Below are positions 24,711 to 36,915 of a stretch of 64,000 bases of DNA, piece by piece (position 1 is the first letter of the stretch; each line of letters begins with the position of its first letter). Position numbers and translations under genes: made by a program. The stretch is taken from assembly GCF_044704955.1 (NCBI RefSeq), contig NC_091979.1:84320001-84384000 (forward strand), given 5' to 3'. Source of the stretch: Pristiophorus japonicus (lineage: Eukaryota). Below the pieces are notes generated by a model. That model made no database searches, was not told where the DNA came from, and saw only the letters and a list, made by a program, of their open reading frames with translations.

Positions 24711-25703
24711 TGCACGATGTCTGCGTCTGCACACATACAGAGGCTGAACTCCAGGACACACTCGACGTAGTTACTGAGGCATACGAAAGGATGGGCCTTA
24801 CGCTAAACATCAGCAAGACAAAGGTCCTCCACCAGCCTGTCTTCACCGCACAGCACTGTCCCCCAGTCATCAAGATCCACAGCGCGGCCCTGGACAACGT
24901 GGACCACTTCCCCGATCTCGGGAGCCTCCTATCAACAAGAGCAGGCATTGACGGCGAGATCCAACACCGCCTCCTGTGCACCAGTGCAGCCTTCGGCCAC
25001 CTGAGGAAAAGAGTGTTTGAAGACCAGGCCCTCAAAACTGCCACCAAGCTCATGTTCTACAGGGCTGTAGTAATACCCACCCTCTTGTATGGCTCAGAAA
25101 CATGGATCATGTACGGTAGACACCTCAAGTCGCTGGAGAAATACCACCAACGATGTCTCCGCAAGATCCTACAAATCCCCTGGGAGGACAGACAATATTA
25201 GCGTCCTCGTCCAGACCAACATCCCCAGTATCGAAGCACTGACCACACTTAATCAGCTCTGCTGGGCAGGCCACATAGTTCACATGCCAGGCACCGTGAC
25301 TCCCAAAGCAAGCGCTCTACTCGTAACTCCTTCACGGCAAACGAACCAAAGTTGGGCAGAGGAAACGTTACAGGGACACCCTCAAAGTCTCCTGATAAAG
25401 TGCAACATCCCCACCGACACCTGGGAGAGCCTGGCCAAAGACCACCCTAAGTGGATGATGTGCATCCGGGAGGGTGCTGAGCACCTCGAGTCTCGTCGCC
25501 GAGAGCATGCAGAGATCAAGCGCAGGCAGCGGAAAGAGCATGCGGCAAACCTGTCCCACCCACCCTTTCCCTCAACAACTATCTATCCCACCTGTGACAG
25601 AGACTATGGTTCTCGTATTGGACTGTTCCGCCACCTAAGAACTCATGTTAAGAGTGGAAGCAAGTCTTCCTCGATTCCGAGGGACTGCCTATGATGATGA
25701 GGA
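24711..25703 (+). mobile_element. 5'-truncated RTE-clade LINE
   Basis: HTEAELQ...GLTLNISKTKVL...LLYGSETW...RCLRKIL. 3' end gagggactgcctatgatgatga. Flanked by 49-bp direct repeats. Confidence 0.92.
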
Positions 25704-27020
25704 GGAATAGTTGGTGTGCATAACCTCAGAGACTGCTGCTCCTCATGCCAGCAGCACAAAGGAACAACCCATTGTCTCTGCACAAATGCCTTCATCTTTG
25801 CAGGATCAGGCTGCCAAGGAGCCCATGACAAAGAGTCTGCTTGCCCCGTGTCTATCCCAACACTTGCTTATTTTGAGAGAAGGGCCACCTGTATTCTAAG
25901 AGGCTGATAATATTTTGCAGCAGCTGTGCACATCTCAGGCCCTCGGCCCTCAGGTTTAACATAAAAGCATTAGAACAAAACAATGAAAAGCATGCATGGT
26001 CAGAAGGGCTGTGCAGAGTGACAAAACTGAGAAAGGTTTTTGTAAATAATTGAAATAAATCACTGGAACATTTGACGTAAGGACTGCTGGGCATTTGGTT
26101 CTCTTGTATGACAATCAGGAACAGGTAATGTGCTGATGTTGAGTTTCAGGATGAAGATGCGATGGCTAGCTATGAGGAGCAAGGAATGACTTAGATCAGA
26201 AAGAGGTTAGTGAGAGGAGGTGGATCTTTGGCGGACTGAGATTTTTAAATAATACTGTTCTATTCACTTATGAAGCTGCGCCAAATGAGTTTGTCTCTTA
26301 CATAAGCGTGACTATTTATATTTGGGGTACGCAATGCTACATGGGTCTAATTAATAACCACCTCAACTCGAGAGAATCCAGCAATTCTCTATCATCTGAC
26401 TGTGAGCTCTGTAAAACTGTATAAACTAAGATGCTCTGGCAAACAAAGCTTTGCTGTCTTGCTTTCAAGAGGAGCGCACAACACATTGGCTGATCTGACA
26501 AAAGCCCCTGGGATGAGCTTCGGCTTAAACGTTAAAAGCTGTGATCACTTTCTGTGCCGCAGTCTGTGTGTGTGCTGTGTAACTTGATTGCTGATCTGGC
26601 TCAGCATTGAACAGAGCTTCTCCGAAGCTTCATGATTGAAGTCTAACCTCCTGAGACAGAGGCCCAGAAATTCACGGTCCCGGGAAGGGCGGTTACAGCC
26701 CGTTTATGGCGGCCATTCGTCAAAATCGAATGGCTGCCGCTTTGGGCTCAATTGGCCACCCCGACCTAGATTCGGCCCGGGAGGTCTTGCAGCGGTGTGA
26801 GCCACCGCCGACTCTCCTGGCGGTGTGGGGCTTGCGGCAGTAGTGACGCGCTAAAAGTGCGCACCGCTGCCGGACCCATTTTCAACGTGAAAAAGCCGGC
26901 CCTTCAGCTGACGATGCCCCGCCAGCTTTTAGGGCCGGTGCAGAGTGGCAGAGATCTCGGAGCCATGGGAGCAGAGAGAGACAAGAAGGTAAGATCCAAA
27001 CCGGAGGATGTTCAGCACAC

Positions 27021-27241
27021 NNNNNNNNNNNNNNNNNNNNNNNNNNNNNNNNNNNNNNNNNNNNNNNNNNNNNNNNNNNNNNNNNNNNNNNNNNNNNNNN
27101 NNNNNNNNNNNNNNNNNNNNNNNNNNNNNNNNNNNNNNNNNNNNNNNNNNNNNNNNNNNNNNNNNNNNNNNNNNNNNNNNNNNNNNNNNNNNNNNNNNNN
27201 NNNNNNNNNNNNNNNNNNNNNNNNNNNNNNNNNNNNNNNNN
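27021..27241. other. Assembly gap (N run)
   Basis: Run of N. Confidence 1.
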
Positions 27242-27439
27242 AAGATAGATGTGAGGAAAGGGAATGAGAAACAGAATGAGAAAATGTGATTAGGAGAGAG
27301 AAATAGAGAAATAGGAATAGAGAAAGAGAAAAGGGGAAAAAAACTAGAGTATAGAGATTCCGAGATTCACAGAGAGAAAGCGGAAATCTCAATGCAGCGG
27401 CTCAGACTGGAAACGTCGCCCTAGCTCGGAAACAAATGG

Positions 27440-28718
27440 GAATCTGTTTGACCTCCGCTGCCGCCAGGCTAGATCCAAGGTCGTCCCATCCTCTGTCATT
27501 GAACTACAGTACGCAGATGACACTTGCGTCTATGCACACTCGGAGGCCAAACTCCAAGCCATCGTCAACCCCTTCATCGAGGCGTACGAAAGCATGGGCC
27601 TTACATAGAAACATAGAAAATAGATTCGGCCCTTCGAGCCTGCACCACCATTCAATGAGTTCATGGCTGAACATGCAACTTCAGTACCCCATTCCTGCTT
27701 TCTCGCCATACCCCTTGATCTCCCGAGTAGTAAGGACTTCATCTAACTCCTTTTTGAATATTTTTAGTGAATTGGCCTCAACAACTTTCTGTGGTAGAGA
27801 ATTCCACAGGTTCACCACTCTCTGGGTGAAGAAGTTTCTCCTCATCTCGGTCCTAAATGGCTTACCCCTTATCCTTAGACTGTGACCCGTACATCCGTAA
27901 GGCAAAGGTCCTCCACCAACCTGACCCCGCAACACAGCACTGCCCCCGGATTATCAAAGTCCACGGTGAGGTCTTGGACAACGTGGACCACTTTCCATAC
28001 CTCGGGAGTCTACTGTCAGCAAGGGCAGACATCGATGACGACGTCCAACACCGCCTTCAGTGTGCCAGCACAACCTTCGGTCGCCTGAGGAAGAGAGTTT
28101 TGAAGCCCAGGACCTCAAATCTGGCACCAAGCTTATGGTCTACAGGGCAGCAGTGATACCCGCCCTCCTGTATGGCTCAGAGACGTGGACTATTTCCAGC
28201 AGACACCTCAAAGTGCTGGAGAAGTACCACCAACGCTGCCTCTGCAAGATCCTGCAAATCCATTGGGAGGACAGATGCACCAACGTCAGTGTTCTCGCTC
28301 AGGCCAACATCCCCAGCATCGATGCACTGACCACGCTCGACCAGCTCCGCTGGGCAGACCTCATTGTCTGTATGCCTGACACGAGACTCCCAAAGCAAGC
28401 TCTCTTCTCGGAGCCTTGACACGGCAAGCAAGCCCCAGGTGGGCAGAGGAAACGCTTCAAGGACACCATCAAAGCCTCCTTGATAAAGTGCAACATCCCC
28501 ACCGGCACCTAGGAATCCCTGGCCCAAGACCACCCTAAATAGAGGAAGAGCATCCAGGAGGGTGCTGAGCACCTCGGGTCTCGTCGCCGAGAGCATGCAG
28601 AAAACAAGTGCAGGATGCGGAAGGAGTGTGCGGCAACCCAGGCGCCCCACTCATCTTTTCCTTCAACCACTGTCTGCCCCACCTGTTACAGAGACTTCGA
28701 GGGACTGCCGATGATGAT
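27440..28718 (+). mobile_element. RTE-clade LINE fragment, split by a CR1 fragment
   Basis: ELQYADD region, VDHFPYLGS and LLYGSETW. Ends gagggactgccgatgatgat. Confidence 0.9.
27604..27887 (-). mobile_element. Short CR1 3' fragment inserted in RTE
   Basis: catagaaacatagaaa tail. GHSLRIRGKPFRTEMRRNFFTQRVVNLWNSLP. Confidence 0.9.
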
Positions 28719-29348
28719 CTTACGAGTGCCGAACCTGCGACTTCGCCTCAGTGTCTCCCCTGTGGCTGCCTCATGGGTGTGGGAAGGCTGCTGTCTTCTC
28801 TGTGTGGAAGCTACATTCATCCCTCAAGCAGCTTTGGGCCTGGAAAGGCCGGCTGGAGACTGGTCAACACCCTCCTGGCAGGGTTCAGTCTGACTTGGCT
28901 CGGGCGAGGCCATGCATGGAGGCACTGGCAAGTGACAGGTCTGGGGCCAGGAATGCTGCGAGCCGGAGGGAGCACATCTTCTGTATCCTGGTCCGAGGAG
29001 CCTGAGTAACTCACCAGGGGCGGCACAATACCACCACCACCAATCTGAGGGAGCTCAGGTCGGTGCTGTGGCGCCACACTGGAAGGTCCCCCATGGCCCG
29101 TGGTGGACCCCGCCGTTAAAGCAACACTGAGGTCTTGGGGGGCATCCAGCTGAGACTGCAAGCGAGCAGCCACAGTCTGAAAGACACCAGATATGACAGC
29201 ACTTAGATGCTCCGTTGATTCTTGCAGAGCCGCGGCCATCCTCTCCAAAGCAGCACCGATACATTCGTTCCCTCGCACCTGTCACGCAATGGCAGCTGCC
29301 ACATCACCCTAAGGGTGACTTTACCATGGGAATAACGCCCCATTTAAT

Positions 29349-30310
29349 AAGAACATAAGAACATAAGAAATAGGAGCAGGAGTAGGCCATACGGCCCCTC
29401 GAGCCTGCTCCGCCATTTAATACGATCATGGCTGATCCAATCATGGACTCAGGTCCATTTCCCTGCCCGCTCCCCATAACCCCTTATTCCCTTATCGTTT
29501 AAGAAACTGTCTATTTCTGTCTTAAATTTATTCAATGTCCCAGCTTCCACAGCTCTCTGAGGCAGCGAATTCCACAGATCCACAACCGTCTGAGAGAAGA
29601 AATTTCTCCTCATCTTAGTTTTGAATGGGTGGCCCCTTATTCTAAGATCATGCCCTATAGCTCTAGTCTCCCCTATCAGTGGAAACATCCTCTCTGCATC
29701 CACCTTGTCAAGCCCCTTCATAATCTTATACATTTCGATAGATCATCTCTCATTCTTCTGAACTCCAATGAGTAAGGGCCCAACTTACTCAACCTTTCCT
29801 CATAAGTCAACCCCTCAATCAACCTAGTAAACCATCTCTGAACTGCCTCCAAAGCAAGTATATCCTTTCGTAAAAATGGAACCAAAACTACGCAGTATTC
29901 CAGGTGTGGCATCACCAATACCCTGTACAACTGTAGCAAGACTTCCCTGCTTTTATATTCCATCCTCTTTGCAATAAAGGGCAAGATTCCATTGGCCTTC
30001 CCGATCACTTGCTGTACCTGCATACTAACCTTTTGTGTTTCATGCACCAGGACCCCCAGGTCCTGCTGTACTGTGGCACTTTGCAATCTTTCTCCATTTA
30101 AAGAATAACTTGCTCTTTGATTTTTCCTCATACTTTCCAACATTGTACTCCATCTGCCAAATTTTTGCCCACTCACTTAGCCTGTCTATTTCCTTTTGCA
30201 GATTTTTTGTGTTCTCACACATTGCTTTTCCTCCCATCTTTGTATCGTCGGAAAACTTGGCTATGTTACACTCAGTCCCTTCTACCAAGTCATTTATATA
30301 GATTGTAAAT
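29349..30310 (-). mobile_element. CR1 LINE 3' fragment
   Basis: aagaacataagaacataagaaa tail. KFSDDTK, PHLEYC and RNFFSQ motifs. Confidence 0.92.
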
Positions 30311-31901
30311 TGACTGCAAACTTTCAGGTTTGAAGGGCTAATAAGACTGGAACACTTTTCTGTGGTCTAAAAGTTGAATTGGTTTCCAATGGCCACCGCA
30401 AACTTTGCGGCGCTAATCGGGGAAAAACGGCCTTAACACCACCAGCTTTCTGGCTGCATTGAATTTCGGCCCCAGAGTTCCTGGGAAACGTCTCGGAAAG
30501 TGTCCCTTGGTCTCGATATCCTACTGGATGGGCACAGCCTCAATGAGCTGACTCTCCTCTGATTAATCTGGCTTTGCCTGACGCCTTCTACCTCTCTTCC
30601 TCCAGCATTTATACACCATGTAAGATAGGATTCTCATTGGGAAGTCCATTGTGCAGTCCTCAGATACGAGTTCAATCATTCTTTTGAAATATAATGCAGA
30701 ATATAGGAGAAGGTTTCTAGAGTATAACAGTAGAAACATTATTCTAATAACTGCAGATAAGGCCAAAGGTCTGCACAAGGAATATCTGCCTTGGTGAATA
30801 CATTCTAGAAAACTGCTGTTTAAATAGTGCTGCACCTTCTGAAGGGCGGGTGGTGGAAAGGTAGAAGTAAAGGAATTTAGGATGGATGACATCATCCCAC
30901 CCTAATTCTACTATTTGCACGTGGTTGCCACTGGGAGTCCAACTGCTTATTTAGCACACCCTAAAACATGCTGGAATTTGTACCGGGGCGCTGCTGCATA
31001 CAAGTGCGCCATTAAAGATTCCTGGCCCTACAGAGCCACTAATTTGGAAATTTCAAGGCTGGAGGGTCCAAATTCAGCTGCCACTTACTTTACAGTAAAT
31101 ATTTGGTTGATTTAATGCACAGGCTAAAATAAGGTAACATGCAAAATGGTTAATATTCCTGAAATAGAATATTCCAATAAATATTACTTCCGCAAAAAAA
31201 ATAACATCTGTCACCACTTAGTGCGAAACCATTAAAGAATACACAAATGATGACTTCTTAAAGTCACAAGGACTGATTTCCCTCGCCATCTTGCCTGATA
31301 ACTGAGCATTCTGCAGGCACAGCCCAAGAGTGGAGTCCCAGCACTGCATCACTGCCATTTAATACTGCCCTGCGATTTCTGGGGCAATCCTGTGGAGGCA
31401 CAGCATGGCTTGCACCTGCAAAAGGCATTGCCAGATGGAGCATTGTAAATGAGAAGAGAGGGAGCATTCCCACCTCTATTTCCATGTGAAACATTTGTTG
31501 AATGTTCCAGTTCAAGAGCACTTGGAAAAAGCTAGTTCTGTGTCCTGCAGTTGCGTCTGAATTTCTGGACCTTACTGCTGGTGCTAGGCAAGTGTGCTAC
31601 TCCTGTTTATCTCCCAGGCAGATGGGGCCCAGGACAATTGCCCCGATAGAATCTTGGAGTTTTGCAGCACGGAGACAGGCCATTTGACATTCAAGGCTGT
31701 GCCAGTGTCTTTCCTGCTCTCCTGCTTACTTTCCAAAGCCTTTATTATCCCTTGTTCTTGAGACTTCAGAAAAGCTTTCTGGCAAAGAATTCTACATTCT
31801 AATTACCTGTCATACTTGCTTGTGACTATTTTAAACTTGTTTTCAAATTGAATTCAGCAGCATTTTTTGAAAAAGAAAATTAGCATTGATATACTCCTTA
31901 A

Positions 31902-32566
31902 GGGGCGAAATGGGGGTACCGCGAGGCGGGTGTTCCTGCACCAGGCCCACAAGCCCTGCCCCGCGAGCTATATTGGGCTTACCACCCCGAGAGGAACTGC
32001 AGTGCAAAATATCGGGGCCTGGATGCAAAGGCATGCAAAGTTTCCAGCGCTGTGCGGTAGGACGTGTAGCGCTGGCGGGTAGACAGGGCCCTCCCCTTCC
32101 ATTAAAGGGGAGGCCATCGCTGGACCACCATGGAGCGGGGTGCCATGGCAGCAGCCCAGCACACACGCAGAGTGCCGGGCTGCAACATCGCGGCACAGAT
32201 CCCGCGATCTACAAAGAAGGACGCGACCGGTAAGTCGGCCATTTTTTTTCAGCCGCACCTCCCCTTTAATTTTCACCCCGTGAGCGGCCTACAGCCCGGT
32301 ATGCGCCCCGCGAAGCTGTCGAGGGCATTGCACGTGGCAGTTTCCCGGGGCGCAACCGAATTTTTGCTTCGGGGTGAAAATGGGTCATTCCACATGGTGG
32401 TCATCACGGCGCAGCGGCCCACGGCGCTACTATTTGGAGAGGGGCGTTACCGGTTACCGCCGCCGCTAAACTCCTGTGGAATCGCTTGGGAGTCGGTAGT
32501 GGCACTGCGCCTGGGCAAAATGTCGTTTGCTCCCCGTGAGCACCTCATGACCCAAATTTTTCCCCC
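31902..32566. mobile_element. Harbinger-like GC-rich MITE
   Basis: ggggcgaaatgggg ... cccaaatttttccccc. The internal cccttccattaaagggg motif is shared with 13193-13849. TSD not conserved. Confidence 0.6.
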
Positions 32567-32826
32567 TTCATTTTTTGTCACTATATAGTAACAGATTTTA
32601 ACTCACCGGCAGGAAATTTCAATTCAGCTTAATTTAGAGTATTTCTAAAAAGGAGTGAAACCTTGGTGATGAATTAATCCATTTTATTACATTGCTGGCT
32701 TCCTCCACACATTCAATTACTGAGAATCATTGTCAGCAATTTCTGGTTCTTCCAGTCAAAGCACTCTGCTTATTTATCTAGGCTAATTGGGTTTCCATGA
32801 TGCACATTTGATCTGCTAAGACATAT

Positions 32827-32975
32827 GGGGACAAAATTGTTCCTTTTTATAGCCAGCCCCATTGCCGCCCCTGGGGAGCAAGACAGTTTTCTCCCAGGGG
32901 AGGGGGCACTATCGCCTCTTGGGAAATTGCCCGGGAGTTTGCGAAAGCACTGTCATGGTTTTGTTAAATTGGCCC
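32827..32975. mobile_element. Short Harbinger-like MITE
   Basis: ggggacaaaattg ... aaattggccc. Similar to the start of the 13861 element. Confidence 0.5.
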
Positions 32976-35900
32976 TACAAATTTTTATTGTTCACAAACT
33001 GAACCAGTAATATTCGAAAAGATAAAAGAAAACTCTTTCAAAAATGATAACTAAGGCTGTGAAAATCCACTTAGATTACCTGAATATAATTATGACATTT
33101 TTTAATAAACAGCTCCGTCATATTAACGGGCATTTAATCTGTGACTTCCCACTTTAAAATTGTTCTTTTGTCTCATTCATTGCTTATTTAGAAACAACAT
33201 CACCCAAGACAGTGCAAGCAGTATCACAAAATATCACAAAGTATAACAAAATAAAAAGTCATTCAGTTAAAAATTTAATTCAGATGGGTGTCAACGTCCT
33301 GCTCCGTGGCTGTGAGAGAATATCAGCTTGGTCTCCTTCATAATCAAAATAGGACACAATAACAGCTCTCCTTACTGAACTTTGTAACTATTCAACTATT
33401 TAGCCTAATATTTAATTGCCCAATACATTTGTGCCTTTGTACCATGTTACCACCCCAGCTAATTACAATCATGTACATTACCCAACATAACCACCAGTAC
33501 TGGTGTAAAATGGTTCTCACCATATTTCACACACTTTGAGTTATAATCATGAAAACTAAAAGTTACATGTTGCCAATGATAATTGCGTGATTACTGATCT
33601 CACCCATGCTTTTGTGGGAAATGGGTGTTTCTTTGACTACTTGTAGTTTTCAGGACGACGACTTGCAGTTTTAAAGCTGCCTTTTCAAAATGCACACAAC
33701 TGTCATGTTAAGTTTAGGAAACATCTGCAAAATTGATCTTAGAATTACAGTCAGAATTGCAGAAGGACTTTTACTACAAAAAGCATCCACGATCATATAG
33801 ATATCAAGTAGAACACTATAATTTATTTCGATGTGGCAATTATGATGTCCTATTTTTAGTGATGTAAATCATAGACTGTCAGATTGTAACTTTTTTTCTC
33901 TGCACTATCCATAGTTGGAATGTCTGCTCAATGTCTAATTAGCATATAGCCCCACAGTTAAAGTCTGTTAACATTCTAAAGACAAGACCTAGGATACAAT
34001 GACAATGAAGCATTCATCTTCAGGCTGGTTTCTGAGTGTTATTCACATATCACATTCTCCTCCCTTCATACATTTTAAACAGTAAGTAGATATGAGCATA
34101 AAGCTGCATTCTCTGCGTTATGCTTGCATCAACTTTGTCATTAAAATTAGCAAATAGAATAAAAAGTATCCCAACATGTTTCAATATGCTGAAGCCTTAC
34201 CTTCTTCAGGAACCTTACACCGTAGGAAAATATGTAAAGGTAAAATGTAAACTTCCACCTGTAGAGGAAGAGAATATAAAACAATCATTGCAATTTATAT
34301 CGGAGACTTACAAAGTCAGTAACAGTAACATTAGAAAAGCAGGAACAACTTAAACAGTTATGAAGGTCAAGATTTGCTACAAAACAAATCTGAGACTATA
34401 TTTAGATGGAAGCAGGCATAAATTTGTGTAAATATATGTCAAGAGTATCAAGCTTGGTTTTATTAGTTGTTGCGTGATAATGAACAGTGCACAATCGAGG
34501 TCCTTGTAACTCTGGTGGTCGAGCATTGGTCTGAATTCGAGTTGCAGCTACATCAAATTGACATTGGAATCCTCCTTCCTTCACCGTCCAAGTTTTGGTA
34601 CTTCTTGGTTTGACTCACAGATTAAGCAAGCATGGCAGCTCTAGCCTTTCTAATACATGTAGTAATATAGGGCCCAAGTTTGAATTGGTCATTAGAACGG
34701 TGCACCTCTGAGTCTTGCGCCTATTATTTAGAATTAAAAGTGCACCTAAAAAGTACCTTGCTATTCTGAACTTTCTGCAGGTCTCCATTCCAGTCGGCGC
34801 AGTGCAGCTTGATCTGCGGGGGGTGGAGCTATCGACGTGCTGTGTGTACACAGCCGGCATGGGGGCGGGGCTTGGGCCCAGCATGTCTGTGAGTGCCGGT
34901 AGCGCTGCGCATGTGCATTGGAGCGCGTGCGCATGCGCAATGGCACAGAAATATTGGCTGGGTGAGCGCTTTCCTGCCCCTTGCCTCTGGCTGAATGGCC
35001 GAAGATATGCTGCTGCGTGCTTTAGTGAGCTTTGCTGCAAGGTGAAGGATTTCCCGCCCCTAGCCCCTGGCCGAACGGCCGAAGATATGCTGCTGCATGC
35101 TTTAGTGAGCTTTACTGCTGGGTGATAGATTTCCAGCCCCTGGCCGAACGGATTGGCGCTGCATGCTGCAGGTGGTGAGGTAGGGACTTTTATTTTTTTA
35201 TTTATTGATTGATCTTTTATTTTTTAAATTTTTTATTTTTCATTTTTTGATTGATTGATTGATTTATCATTTACTATTGATGATGGTACTTTATTTTTTT
35301 AAAGTGAAGGTGTTTAGTGCTCTATCTTCCTTCCCCCCCACCCCACCCAATCTCTGGCTAGCTGTGCTGATTTCTTAACTCTACACAAGGTTTTTCCTGG
35401 CATACAAAAGTGGACACTTACTCTGTTCTAAGTTAGTTTGGAGTAACTTTTCGCAGTTCAAACTTACAAAACAGGTGTAAGTGGCTGGACACGCCCCCTT
35501 TTGAAAAAAAACGGAACTTAAACGAAACTAAACTAACTCACTAGAACTGGAGCAAACTAAGGGGCCAAGTTTCGGCATGAGTTGCTCCTGTTTTTTTTGA
35601 GCAACTGGTTTAGAATGGAGTATCTTAGAAATTGCAATTCTCGGCATTTAGTTTGCTCCAGTTCGAGTCAGTTAGAACAGTTTCACTTTGGAACAGAATT
35701 TTTTTTTCAAAAGGGGCGTGTCCGGCCACTTATGCCCGTTTTGAAAGTTTAGCCAGTGAAAGCTTACTCCAAACTAACTTAGAATGGAGTAAGTGTAGAT
35801 TTTTGCACGCTCAGAAAAACCTTGTCTACACTTAGAAAATCAGGCGTAGGTTACAAATCAAGCGTAGGGAATGGTGGGGGGGTGGTTTAAAGGGAAGTTT

Positions 35901-36262
35901 ACAAACATTAAACACTTCAGTTTTACAAATAAAGAGCCATCATCAATAATAAATGATAAATACATCAATAAATCAACCAATAAATCAATCAAAAAAAATG
36001 AATAAAAAATTAAAAAATCAATAAATAAAACATTTTCTACTTACCGACTGCAGCACCGGGAGTCCTCCAACAGCGTGCTGGGATGCCCCCCCCCCCCCCC
36101 CCAGTGTGTCTCTGTCAGTGTCTCTATCTCTCTGTCTGTGTGTGTGTGTGTTTCTCACTCTCTGTCTGTCAGTGTCTGTGTTTCTGACAGTGAGGGAAGG
36201 GGGAGGAGGGGGGTTGGGGGGGGGGAGGGGGAGAAGAAGGAGGAGAGGGGGGGGAAAGAGGA

Positions 36263-36427
36263 NNNNNNNNNNNNNNNNNNNNNNNNNNNNNNNNNNNNNN
36301 NNNNNNNNNNNNNNNNNNNNNNNNNNNNNNNNNNNNNNNNNNNNNNNNNNNNNNNNNNNNNNNNNNNNNNNNNNNNNNNNNNNNNNNNNNNNNNNNNNNN
36401 NNNNNNNNNNNNNNNNNNNNNNNNNNN
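36263..36427. other. Assembly gap (N run)
   Basis: Run of N within a G-rich tract. Confidence 1.
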
Positions 36428-36459
36428 CCAAGACTTTGGGCTGGATTGACAGGTAGGTG

Positions 36460-36915
36460 GCCGCGGGGGAGTCGCGGAGGTCGGGGAGTCGCGGAGGGGC
36501 GGGAGCGGTGGTCGGGTCGCCGGCGGGGGGGGGGGGAGGTGGGGAGCGGAGGTCGGGTCGCCGGGGGGTGCGGGGGGGGAGCGGAGGTTGGGTGGGTGGA
36601 AGGGGGGAGCGGAGGTCGGGTCGCTGGGGCTGGGGGGAGCGGAGGTCAGGGGTGGAGAGCGGACAGCGGAGGTCGGGTCGGGAGGGGGGAGGGGGAGCGG
36701 AGGTCGGGTCGTCGGGGGGCGGAGCGGAGGTCGGGTCGCCGGGGGGCAGGGAGCGGAGGTCGGGTCGCCGGGGGGCGTGCGGAGGTTGGGTGGGCAGGGG
36801 GGGGGGAAGCGGAGGTCGGGTCGCCGGGGCTGGGGGGAGCGGAGGTCGGGTCCGTTCCGGAGGTGGGGGGGGGAGCGGGAGTCAAGTCGGGTCGGGTCCA
36901 GTCGGGAGGGAGTTG
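36460..36915. repeat. G-rich minisatellite (gcggaggtcgggtcgcc plus G-runs)
   Basis: More than ten recurrences of the (g)cggagg(tcgggtcg) core with variable G-rich spacers. Confidence 0.92.

Larger units (their letters stand above)
26661..30473. mobile_element. Harbinger-like element carrying nested RTE and CR1 insertions
   Basis: AGA|GGCCCAGAAATTC ... GAATTTCGGCCCC|AGA, with GC-rich subtermini. Spans an assembly gap, so continuity is unproven. Confidence 0.55.

Noticed and set aside
34402-34584. Short non-repeat ORF (also 30563-30895)
   Set aside because: No recognisable domain and no convincing splice signals.
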